In this document: in pieces, positions 1-13,000 of the stretch
How the letters are laid out: each line of letters opens with the position of its first letter
Numbering within the stretch: position 1 is the first letter of the stretch
DNA from: Balanoglossus misakiensis
Lineage: Eukaryota; Animalia; Hemichordata
DNA: 64,000 nt
Direction of reading: 5' to 3'
NCBI GenBank assembly: GCA_040954595.2
Contig: CM082585.2
Location: 4,427,358-4,491,357, forward strand
Notes under the pieces: model-generated
Databases searched by the model: none
What the model was told of the DNA's origin: nothing
Seen by the model: the letters and a program-made list of their open reading frames with translations, nothing else
Made by a program: the position numbers and the translations under genes

Positions 1-16
1 ATGAGAAAATAATGCA

Positions 17-296
17 GATTATATTACCATGGCCTGTGTATCGCATTTTGATTGGTCGAGAACGACGTCACTGACCACAAATACTTAAGTGAATACAACA
101 TTTTGCGTAACACAAGTTCCGGGGGCCCCTGGTCTTTTGCGTGGGACATTTTCGTAATTTTTGAAGGTTTTCTTGAGTTCGTTGGTAATATAATGTAAAT
201 AACCGACTCCGCCCTGACCATTAACGTTTGTTTATGGGCAGGGGCGAGGGGAAAGCCAGAAATTCATGGGCGAGGCTTCGTCCATTATTTCTATAA
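17..296 (+). repeat. Hairpin repeat family H, copy with inverted hairpin core and deleted right arm
   Basis: GATTATATTACCATGGCC...TCCATTATTTCTA; homologous to the copies at 7279, 36571, 51412, 53549, 55558 and 58037. Confidence 0.85.
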
Positions 297-371
297 TATG
301 TATATATCAAACACATTTTTACCTCCGTGACAAACGAATAACTTTATAGCAGTCACAATTGTTATACTTAC

Positions 372-532
372 AATACGTGCAGGTTGCTAAGATGACGAAA
401 CTTGTTAGTAGGAATTTCAGCAACGGAATTGTTAGACAGATCACTGTGAAAAACAAAAGAGTGAAACAATGTTATCAAAGTAGCAATGCACAATTCTTTA
501 CCAAACAAGGAGTAATACACACATACATACGC

Positions 533-609
<77 letters not shown>

Positions 610-1008
610 TACATACATACATACATACATACATACATACATACATACATACATACATACATACATACATACATACGTTATACTTACAATTCAGCCATAT
701 ATTGGAAATTGCTAAAGTCAACAAGTGATATGTTTAGTTTGTTTCCAGTGAAGTTCCTGAAATAAAGTACACAATAACACAGAATATTTCCATTAATATA
801 TTCATTGTGACAGTTCAAGAGAGCTGAAGACACATCTATGGAGAAAGTCGTAATTCTAATCTTAAACGGCTGGTGATGGTATAGTTAATAAAAACGAGAA
901 CTTACAATTTTCTCACATCAACCAGAGATGGCGGTATCTCTTCTATGAGATTATTTTCACAGAAGACAACATGTCCTTGGCATTTGCAACCGGGCGGGCA
1001 GCTGCTGT
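372..1008 (-). CDS. GRL101-like gene: LRRNT cap and first LRR exons
   Basis: 906-1008 [20 protein letters not shown]...; 688-756 LNFTGNKL...; 372-443 [25 protein letters not shown] (72-nt phase-2 exon). Confidence 0.9.
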
Positions 1009-4000
1009 CTGCAAAGTGAAAAGGTTAATAAACTATCATGGTGGTTAATGCCTAGCAAAGATTTATTTCTATGGAGTATATTTAACTTCACATTTCAAAA
1101 CTTGGGGAATTATGTGCTTTGTGTGTAGTACAAAGTGAAAGATTAATAAACAATCATAGTGATGTATTTCCATGGAGTATATTTAACTTCATTTTTCTTG
1201 TTCTAATGATTAAACGGACTGTTTTCTATTGGAGGGTGAGGTGTTTAGTGTTTAGAACATTGTTTACACTTACCACAACCGATCTCATCGTCTCCATATT
1301 TACATTGTTTAACCCCATCACATCTCTGTGTCAGTGGTAAGCATTGTCTAGAACCATGGCAGTGGTAGTAGCCAGGGCAGGTGTAAGAATCTGCCAAAAC
1401 AGACGAGAACACGCTATTAAAAGTACTACAGGGGAGAAATGAAGTGGGCAATCCAGGACGGTATTGTCGTCAATTACATGTGTACCTTGAATGAGATAAA
1501 ATACCTGGACTTTTGATGGGGGGTTTAGAGTTGGAGTGAGGAAGGTGCAATGTCAACGGTCGCGTTGACGTTGGAACAGGGTGCACTCTTCGAAATTTTA
1601 AATCTGTAAATTGACTAATCGATGTATTCTACATCTCAATGTGACTGGTTTTGATGAGCCTCGACTAGGCGGCGATACGCTGATAGTACAAACATCAAAT
1701 GAAGAATAAACCAATCCAACTATTTCATCCTAGACGATGTTTGTATCAATATCTCGACACTATACTTTGTAACCGAAGTGATGGACTCACCACAATTATC
1801 TTCGTCGTGTCCGTTTGGACAGTCAGGAATTCCATTACATCGTCGATGAAGCGGTATGCAGTAAGATTCGGGACATTTGAACATACCACCTGGACAGTTG
1901 AACTGGTCTGTTAGGAGATAATTAATTATATTGGGATATTCACAGGGTAAATGCATACATCTCACCACCAACTAAGGCTTGTGTTAACATTGAACATTAT
2001 TCAAGTAGCTACAGTCTTATTTTCAAAGAAAATATTAATGTTCCCGTAAATGAAATTTATAATACGAAAGATATGTTAACTTTTAAGAGGGCGCAGAAGA
2101 TCTGGAGAAACAATACATATGAGAAACCTACCACAATTTACAAGATGAGAGACATCCCGACATCCTATTTGGAAACCGTATTCGTCAAAGTCATAAATGC
2201 ACATCAGCGTTCGGTTTATGCAGTGGCCATTTTCACATTCAAATTCACCAGCAAGGCATTCTGGGTTACACCCGACTTCATCTTCACGTTCGTTGCCGAC
2301 ACAATCTTTCATGCCATCACATTGTGCGTTGCTAGGTAAACAATCCCCGGAGTAACACTGGAAGCCGTTACAAACACCTGCTCAAATAAAAAAATTTCAC
2401 ATACGATTACAATCAAGATTAGTCCAATACATATAATTCATTTGCAACCCAATTCTTTGCTTAAAAACTATCATAGTGCTCATAATGGTCGAAAGTGTGA
2501 AATATAGCGAATTGAATCACAAAAAGTAAGATTCTTCATTACATATGCCTTACCACATTTCATTTCATCAGAACCGTCAATACAATCCTGAAGTAGGTCA
2601 CATCGTTTGGCCTGGCCGACACACTGTCCGTTATCACACATGAATTGGTCTGACGTACAGTTAGTATAAACTGAAATAAATCATAAAGATAATCTTTAAA
2701 TGAGTTCTGTAGAGAAATATTTCCTCTGTAATTCCTTTTGTGAATGTGTTGTTCGTATTCATTATCATTGTATCCTTTGCACCCAAATTTAATAATAGCA
2801 ATTGCGAATAAAGCATATTTCTGTGATACATACCACAATATTCCTCATCACTGCTGTCGCCACAGTGGTCAATGAAGTCACAGTAGAAGGTCATTGAGAC
2901 GCAATTTCCGTTTGAACACTCAAATGTGTTGATTGGGCACAATCCTCTCATTTCTGGGATGGGACAAACAACAACTAAACATGATGTTTAAGAACTACAA
3001 TGTATTTGTTATCATAATATGTGCTGTTTACCTGTCAATTTCAATGTTTTGGGATTTAAGAGCATATGAACATACATCTTTTAATTATAGTTACACATCT
3101 CGATAATAAAATAGCTCCCATTGTTGACATTGCAATGTTGCATATTCATATTAAAACACATTTAGGTATACGGGATAAATTATCATTTTAAAAGACGTAT
3201 CATTGCCCTGAACACATATTTTTAATGAACTTTATTAATTGTATAGCTGATGTGATGTGTGACATAAGCGGTCTGGCAACCTACTTGTACATTTGGAGTT
3301 TATATTACATGTAACAATTGCTAGCTTCTTGCAAACTTGTGACTCTATACAAGTAGCTATTCGCACATTGTCACGTGTAGTCGTAAATAACAAATAAAAT
3401 GCTAATGAGTAATTGTACCTATACAACGATTTGTTCCTTAGAGCCATCAATGTTAAAGGTCTCATGCCATGCCCTATACAACCACGCGTAAAATCACTAT
3501 TTGGGTCTTGAAGTTAACGTTTGTTACTATCTTGCAATGCGTTTTGCCCCTTGTGCTTAGATAACAAGCAAGTAAAAGTGGCGGGTGGGCGTGTACCCCT
3601 AACCCAACTCAGTCGAGTTTTTTCGGCTTTTCGAAGTTCAGTCGAAGACTTATCTTGATGTGGACAAATAGTCTTTCACACCTTCGTAAATCCTCTGCCT
3701 GTAATGTGAGGCAAGGGCTTCCTTTGCTTTGAACACTGTTTATATAGCTTGTCTTTGTCTGTGGACTTAATTACTCATGGACTGCTAATTACACCTTACT
3801 GTTAGCAGAATGGTACACTACGACGTAGTGTACTTGTTTGTCCATATGCAAATGCCTGGCTCGAGTGCGAAGTGGCTCCCTGATCACAGGCATGAAAAAA
3901 GGGGGCAAATTCCGGCATTCGCGCACATTTTTCGGAACCGACACAATAAGCAATGCATAGACAGGTACCCTAGGTGAGCTTTTGACGTGGAAAAATGAAA

Positions 4001-7000
4001 ACTTTCCAAAGCATGGCATGTGACCTTTAAACAACCAGCTATAGGCTGCAATGTACAGGCATCCGGAGCACAACTTACCACAGTTGTCTTCATCCGATCC
4101 ATCAAAACAGTCTGCAGTGCCATCACACACGTACACCTCATGGATGCATACACTGTCATTACATCGGAAATTATCGTCGCCACATTCCATTTGCATTCCT
4201 GAAAATGTTTATGTGCATACTTTAAATCATTTATGTAGTAACATCAACAAAGTGCTGCTCTTCAGAGATAACCTACAACTTATGATATTTAAGTAATTCC
4301 ATTTTCCCATGATTGCATGATCAACTTAACAATTATGTCATTAATTACGCATACACCGTTGAACGTGGGATTAACGCTTGTTGTGGTATCAATAAAGCGC
4401 TGTTCAAAGACACCACCAACTCACGACTTTCTAGTCTTGTCTATTTTTGCATGATTCACTTAACTCCTGTATCTTTAATTACGCCAACACTGTTTTGCGG
4501 GGATTTATGCTTCAGTTATTGTTGGCATTTAACAAGTCACGACTAAAACATTTATCAATAATTTATATCTTACCCATTGCACGGTTTCGGCAAAGGTCAT
4601 ACGTAATCATAGGATTAGCACAGTTCTGTAGACTTAAGCTCCAGTCAGACGCTCCCAGGACCAGACATTCGTTAGAATTTGTTGAATTCGGCCAAGACAT
4701 ATTTCCTTGTCCATTCTGGCAAGAAAACAAATTTCCACATCCCCCGGATCTTTCAATGACATCAGTGAACTCCTGCGTGGCGTTCCTTTGTAATAAAATA
4801 TAACCTTCGCTCGAGAAGTCCCATACATGCCTTAGATAATATATGAGCAGTGTGAGGTCATTGTTCGAAGAAAAGCGCGGGAATGACTGTATCTCGTTCA
4901 TCTGACAAAGCTCCCCACTGTTGGCCAGTACAGGTTTGAAACATGCGTCTTCATATCTCCCCCAAGAGAGATCGTCACAACCTAGAAGAAGGAAATATAC
5001 ACAGACTCACCTATAATGACTGTCGCATTAATGCTCCCGATGTTTTGAAAGCAAATTGGTAAAGGGTCGTTATGTTCGATACCATACCAGCTGTACTATA
5101 TAAAATCGTAAGGCACAATACAGTAGCCGATCTCTTCATATGACATTTTGGTATCCTATGGAATATTACTTCATCAAATACTAAGGTTCCTAATTCAAGC
5201 ACTAGTGTAACCTGTGACACATATAACATCGATTATAAGCATTTATATTATTTCATTTCTCATATGAAACAACCACAAATTCAAATAGAGCTGACATGAT
5301 ATGTTTTTTCAAGAGAAGAGGCATTAACCGTCGAATCTTTAGAATTGTTGCACTAACCGTATTGGACTACCCCATCATACTCCTCGTCTACACGATCACC
5401 AATGTACAGTGCTGGCTGTTTGCAGATAAACTGTTTGACATAATCCACGGCGCATGGTATATCGTGCCAGTGGTTTGTGTTATGAACGTTGGACATCATG
5501 ATAACAGAACATAGTTCAAATCTGGCGCCGTCAGGCTGGTCGAAATCATCTTGTGTTGTCCCTCTCGCCCTGCAAATAAAACATTTCCGAGTATTCCTTA
5601 AGAAAGCAAGAACATGTCGCGTCAGCACGATTACATTTGCAATGCTGCGCGCTGCACTACAACTTTTCGGTTTACCAAAGAGTAAGAAATTATAGGAACA
5701 CCAAGGAATTGTGGGAAGAGTGTTCATTTTACCAAAAACCATAAAGCTCGCGTCACAGCATCCCCTGAACTTAAATGTTATTCTGTCTGTAAACACAAAG
5801 TGACCAACTAGCATTTACATATATATACATCATTATTGCCTTACGGCAGTGTTATATGTTGTCCACCATAATCCCAACTGCAGAATTGTTTAATACATGC
5901 AAAACATACCAATCTGTGTAACCCATTGGGTTGCTATCAGTCCATCGATGCCTGCCCTCTTCTGTCTCGAGGTGTAAACCTAATTAGGCAAATAAATAAA
6001 ATCATGAAGACATCATTCTCAGTAGAACTCCTGCAAACTATAAAATGCAAATGTCAAACAAGTTAGATCAGAAAAAGATTTGTTCACCTATGTAGGTGGT
6101 CGTGTCACCACTCCACCATAGTCTGGCGAATGCATAAGTAATGATTTCGGATTCGTCTGCATCCAAAATGCTAACAAGATGACCGCCCTCTTCGGTACAC
6201 TTTGCTTCAGCCTCATCCCATGCCAATGTAGTTGTCTGTGAGTGGAACTTGTAGCAATGCCTGCGAAACCCGTCCAAAACTCCCTCTGGACATCTGTAGC
6301 CTATACAAAATGGTCACATTGCAAACAAATTTGTTGAAACCGTGCTTTTCTTGTAAGTGTGGGGAAATGGGGTTCATACGCATTTTCCATAAGGAGGGCG
6401 CCCTTCCAACATGACGCAAAAACGAGACAGGAAAGACAAGGAGTGAAAACGTTATCGTGTTGTGTATCTTTGCTATAGTGGGGAAAGGCGTTTGACAGCC
6501 ATATTTTATTGTAAGGTAATTTTACACGCAAATTGTATCATGGTAGAACAAATAGGCGAGCTCGAGCAGTACTCTATGGCTTACTGGCCTCATTTTCGCA
6601 CCGTCTGCTTGGCGATAACGCCATGTTTTGAAAGGGCATCTTCTTCATGGAGAACCCTATACAAGGTCGGAATCAGTAGTATTATCACATGGACTGGCCC
6701 TGATCACCACCTGTGTGACGTAGACCAGGACAGATCGAAAATCCAGATCACCCCTGCGTTACGTCATCAACCGGAACTATTTCCACCGATTCGCCGTAGC
6801 TTTGTTGTCAAACAGAAACAGTACGTGTAGCGCGCGGCATTTACAATACAGAAATGAAATAAAAAAATGACGGTTCCATGACAATATTGCTTTGTAAGCT
6901 CAAAACAGAAAGGTGGAATTTGGAAAGAAGACAGTCGACGCAACGATCATAGACGATCGTAGCTCTGCGTACAGGTCTGTGTGTTCCCGGCGTTACACGG

Positions 7001-10000
7001 CCTCCACCCACAGCCCTGCAAGGCGCCATAGAAAAAACTGGTGCTTCTGCGGTCCGGATCCGGACCGCAGCTTTTTCGGCCGAAATTCGATTTTATCGAA
7101 GCAAAATCCTTTCCCTGTCTACTTCTGCCCCCTAACCGACTCCAAATATGATGCGATTAACTTGTCCTAACGTCCGAACCACTCGCGTTTGATTCATTTT
7201 TGTGTGTTTACATGTTGAGATCGCCATATTAAATATAAGGCTTACAGCGAGTTTATCTCCATGGGTAAACAAAAAAGTTTTAGAAAGCGAGGCTTCCGAG
7301 CCCATGAATTTTGGCTTTCCTCGAGCCCGCGCCCATAAACAAACGTTTATGGTCAGGGCGGAGTCGGTTATTTCCATTATATTACCAACAAAATCAAGAA
7401 AACCGTCAAAATTTACGAAAATGTCCCACTAGGGGCCCCGGAACTTGTGTTACGCAAAATGTTGTATTCACTGAACTGTTTGCTAATATTACTATTCAGA
7501 TTTACGGGCATGTAAACAAACCATTACTGAGTATTTGTGGTCAGTGACGTAGTTCATCTCGACCAATTAAAATGCGACGCACAGGCCATGGTAATATAAT
7601 CCCACGATTTTCCGCGATCCGCCGAGCGCGACATGTGGTCAAAACAGTGCATCAAGGCAATCGATAAAGCTCTCCGCCGTTGATGTTTTTTTTTTTTTTT
7701 TTTTGGTTGGGGGGGGGGGGCTTCATCAGCATGTTTGTCGGATTGTTATTCTCTCGTTCAGAAAGGAAATGTTCCCTTGCATTTGTACAACTAATGTAGT
7801 GTAATTGTGTTTTAAATGCTTAATAAAGAAAACTAACACTGACAACGGACACATTTTGTTCGTAGTGAATTAAACGCCCCTCCCTGAATGCCTAGTCTGA
7901 AATAAAACTTATGTTGAGAAGGAGAGTTGTACATTGATTAACGTTTTCAACGGTGTAGTACCGGTGTAGCAACGATCCAGATACGACTCCGACGGGAAAA
8001 AATATTTGAGAATGCTTTTCGCCTGTGCTGCGCCGGTGTTAATTTTCGACAGCGATGACGGGTGGTTCAGATCCAGACCGAAGCAAATATACAGTGAGAA
8101 CGCAAAGCACAACCCTGTCGTGACTTTTGATTATGTTACTTTATCTAGGTAACCTATTGTCTTGGGTCAGTTTCCATTGTTCAGTCAATCACACTTGACG
8201 CGAGTGGTTTTCTAGCCACTCGCGGTTAGCCGGGTCTGCCACCAACTTTAGGTTCTTTCGATCGCCGAAAAGACGAGGCGTTTTCGATTTGTGGATTAAC
8301 ATCCAGTACTTCTAAACGATATCAAAACGGTCATGAAGAAGCAATTACATGTCCTCGACGTCCTCAATTTTTGTTAGTTGCCGTGTTCCTAAACATTGCC
8401 ATTTAGACGGCGTTGATCTCAAAACAATGTCCGTTTAGTGTGTGGACGCACACAGATTCTGAGGGCTAATCCCCTGTTAGCAAGAAACAGGAAGTGCTAC
8501 GATATTCGTCATTTTTAAGTTGCTGCAATTGATCTGTAGTTTGTACGTGTATGCTTTACATGTATGCATCTGTGGTAACATAAAACACAGGTTACAAATG
8601 AACATAAATGACTACATGTACATGGTGTTTTGAACCACTAGCATTCCTTTATCTGAATTGGAGGTTGCGCAACTAGACTAGAAAAAACAGAAATGCCATG
8701 GGATCAATCAAACGTGTTTGGGGTTCAAACCGACCTGCTTCCTTGCTGGTAAGCAACCGGTGCGCCAGTAGACTAGCCCACTAGTCGCTTGGTGATTTTT
8801 AAATCTAAATAGTTAAGGTGTTTTCGATGGTTTTTTGTCTTAATAAATAATTTCAATACTTTTTGCGTGCATGCTTGCCTTGAGCGTGTTTTTGGTAGTG
8901 AGGTGAGTTTCGAATTTGGGACTGAGCTTGTGGTTTTGGGTAGCGTGGGTCTACGCGTTCCCTACACATAATGAAGCCCATAGACTTGGAGCAAGTCTAG
9001 TGCGCCAGGTAAACAAGCGCGCTTCCTGTGACCTGGCTGGCCATGCAAGCCAGGTAGCTCATGAATATTCAGAATGCAAGCCTGGCGCGCTCAGCAAGCA
9101 CGCTCACCGGGCCTGGCGAGCCAGGCGAGCCACCTGGCTTGCTGCGTTCAGGAGCAGGCGCGCCAGGTAGAACAGGACATTCAGTCTGTAGTGTACTGAA
9201 TTTTTTTAGTAATGCCTCTTCTACCGAAAAATAAGAAGACTGTTCATGTGATAAATATATAATCCCATGATATCTTTCTTTGTTTAACGTCATCGTATAC
9301 TCGTGGTTTTCGCGGAAGCGTACAACTTCTCGCCTGCGGCTCGATGTTGCACTGCTCCGCGAAAACCACTCGTATACGATGACGTCAAACAAAGAAAGAT
9401 ATCATGGGATTATATGTAATAATTATAGTGTGATAAAATGCGCTATTTATCATATCGGGTAATTAATTAATTTTCCCTTTTTCATTGCTTAGTCGTACCT
9501 CAAGCGTATGAAGATGCATTGAGGTATTTTCACTTGATAAATGATTTTAAAAAAAACATTCATTATTGTATCTTTAGAAAATCGTGCAGATAACATGCAG
9601 GTCCATCGAAAATGACTATTGCTATCGCGGGATTAATGAGATTTGGAACAAAAGGTGACATCTACTTCACCATTATTTAATTAACCTCATTTTTCAATGT
9701 TCGACGCCAGCTCTGTTTTGGCAAATAGACGAATGAATAATCAAAATTCTACAAACGTACTCACCTGCATACAGAGTCATATTCAAACGTATTTTAAGTT
9801 GGTAATGCACAGCGACATACTTGGCCAAAAAGCCAGAACCGTCTCCAGATTCCAAACCAGCAAACTCCACATACATGGTAGAGCTGGCTGAGATGATGTT
9901 GCTAGGTCGTTTGTTTTCACAGAATGTGCCGTAAAGAAATGCTTCCGAGGGAGTTTCAGAGTTGTATACCTTCAGGTAATTATTAACACAGTTCTGATCG

Positions 10001-13000
10001 ACATGGTGACCGACACTGAAGTGAAGGAACGTCAACTCGATGACGTCACCCTCCGGGACCCGGATAGTCCAACTGCACTTGGAATCGGGTGGGTTCGGGT
10101 GCGGGTAACTGATCGATTGGAAGTATCCGCAATTCGTATCCAAGTTGAAGTGGTGATCACACGTGGATAATCCCATCCCATGACCTGGACAATCTGAAAT
10201 GAGCAACATTTCACAAAGCAATAGTACAATATCGATTGCATGGACCTCGCCACGCATGTGTTTTGAAGACAGTATAAAGTATGAACTGTAGAAGTCTTAC
10301 CTGTTGTGTAGTAATGTGCACTAAACCCTCTCCCAATTCTGTCTTCATCAGAAAAGAAAGTTACGGTTAAAATATTCGATGCCGACGATATTAAAGGAAT
10401 GTTTGAGCCACAGAATTTTGCTAGTAGTTTGTCTTCATCGGGAGTTGTGGCGTTGTACACGGCAACATAGCTTGAACACAGAAGTTGACCATCAGCTTCT
10501 ATACCAGGTACATCAAAAGGGTCGAATGCCAGATGAATAAAGGATCCTTCTGGCACTACTATTATCCACTTGCAATAGCTGTTCGCATAATAATTGGTGG
10601 CGCCGGTAACTGCATTTGTTGTGTAAAGGGTACCTTCTGATTCGTTGAATTTGGCTTTTGTTCCACAGCCCGAACATTCTTCTGAAGTACAGTCTGAAAA
10701 TCGAACAACATTTCACATCGATTAAAATTTTATCTTTTTTTCTTGCATTTCGCGGAATTAATTCAGTCAAGTGTTTGTACCTTTGCTTTGCAATATCGAC
10801 TGCACTTCCTCATTTCATACCAGGTGTTCAATTAAACATCCGCTGCTAGATTAGATGACACACAATCTGTTGCTGTCGCTGTCGCTGTTTTGTAAGGCGA
10901 GCCAGGCCATACTGCTGTAAGCGTTTAACAAGTTGTTTAAAGATTATTTCATATGTTTGTGTTAAAGCAAAACCAACGTGCCACGTACATGTTTGTAGTA
11001 CAGCCTGTACAGGAATTCTGTGCGCGCCTGGCAGGTACTCAGTGGGAAACGTCTGCCCGGGAAGCAGTTTATCAAATATCGGTGACAACAAAATTGTCTC
11101 GCTTTCGCATGTGGAGCAGGCATAGCATCCATTACGCTGGCGGAGATGATATTTACTTGGGTAATATACACCTGAAAATGAAAAACGAAAAATTAATTTA
11201 TCAGAAATATTGTAAAATCTATTAATAACTTAGCATCTTCTAATAACTTCATACGCCCAGCACAGATCACGCGTAGAGGTCATGGAGTTATATTATTAAT
11301 TGCATATATTTTCTTAAATTTGACAAAAAATGAAGTTCCGGTCGCGGCGTATTGATTTTCAATACAGTGATGCGCCAGAGGCGATGTAAGAGACGGCCGT
11401 TCATTGGACAAAACGACACTACCTTTGTTATGCAAAGTATGGTCATGCCGGGTCATTTCATCGGTGGGTTAGCTCAGGTCACGATATCGCATCGGTAATA
11501 TTGAAAACACTGGCGATAGCGAGAGATTCTCGTAATTTTCGAGGTTCACAAACATACTGACAACTGAATGTTTTGTTATTCTGACAATAGTTGGGAAGGG
11601 TAATAAAATGACGCGCCAGAACGTTAAAAAGTCACCGCGTTTCGGCGATCATAACTCAGCTTTAGCATTCTTGGCTTGCTATGTTTACAAACAGAATGTA
11701 GTCCCACTTACTTACTCATTTGCATAAAATGCCGTGAAATACCAAAAAGTTATTTAATGGACACGTGACTAATTTGCATATCAATTCACTCTATATGTAA
11801 GTTTTGACGCGTACGTGGGGTGTAAAATAGAACTTCCTTGTCAATAGTTTATTCAATAAATGCTCCAAAAGATTGAATTTTGAAAGGGACTACTGTCTTC
11901 ATTCTCACAGTAATGAGAGGCAACACCAAATTTATGTAGTCGTGAACTTCAGAATAATGTGCCGTACATATGCAATAATAATAATAATGTTTTTGTGGAT
12001 AGAATGAAAATGTTTGTTTCAAATGTTCACGTTCTGCAGTTGCCATGGCGCTTTAATTCAAACCGGTACATTAATGTCAAAGCATTAAAGAGTTAAAATT
12101 CGTTAATATAAACACTATACATAGACTTTGCATCCCTTAATAATTGAAAGCTCACAATCTCAACAAAATCACGGACGATCATCTGTCACCAGCACGTTTT
12201 AAACCAGATTTTAACTTAAAAGCTTTACTTGTCACCGGCTTTCTGTGTCGCTGTGATCAGCACAAGACAACGTGGGTTTGAATCACGAGTGAATGCGTTT
12301 ACGAATGAAACGTGGAGGCTAATCTAAACATTGTGCGATGTCACGATAAGCCCTCCAATGCCCGACAGACATTCACGAATTCGAAACAACGCTAAATGGA
12401 TTCTCTTACCGATGAAATCACCAGGCTGAAAAGAAAGCCGTTCGCCTTCAGGAACATCAAATGTCATTATTCCGCTCTGCCCATTTGGGACCAAAATCTC
12501 ATTCTGACCGACCAAACTGAAACGGTTACCAATTCTTTGATTACGGCGATAAATTCCTGGGTAAACAACACGGATGTCCCCTGCTCCAAGAGTTAAGTTG
12601 AACCGCCATTGTTTAATTTTCCCAACACATGGTAACTTCATCGTCTTGTCGATAACGACCATCGGTCCGTCTATCTCAGTGGCCACACCGTAATTGAGAT
12701 TACTCTCGCCAATTGAATCAGGACAGTTTAGTATATCTGGATAAAACATGAACGAAATGAGAGGAGGTAGATTATTTCGGTTTTATGCCATTTACGAAAA
12801 ATATTTAGCCCTCCATGATAAACAAAAAATTTAAAACAATATGTAATGTCCTCCTATGTTACAACTTTCCAAAATTGATACTAAAATTCTTCAAACTCAA
12901 AATATCTGTTTAACGACACACTACAGGTTATGTACGTTTATGATGAAAAATTATCGCCATCTTAGTCAGTTTTTGGAATGCAAACTGAGAAACGAATGTC

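Noticed and set aside
359-724. ORFs with HT/YIHT/CMYV repeats (also 27867-28301)
   Set aside because: They are translations of microsatellites, not genes.
1064-1195. ~28-bp direct repeat (tatttc.atggagtatatttaacttca) 100 bp apart
   Set aside because: Only two copies in an intron; an ordinary local duplication.
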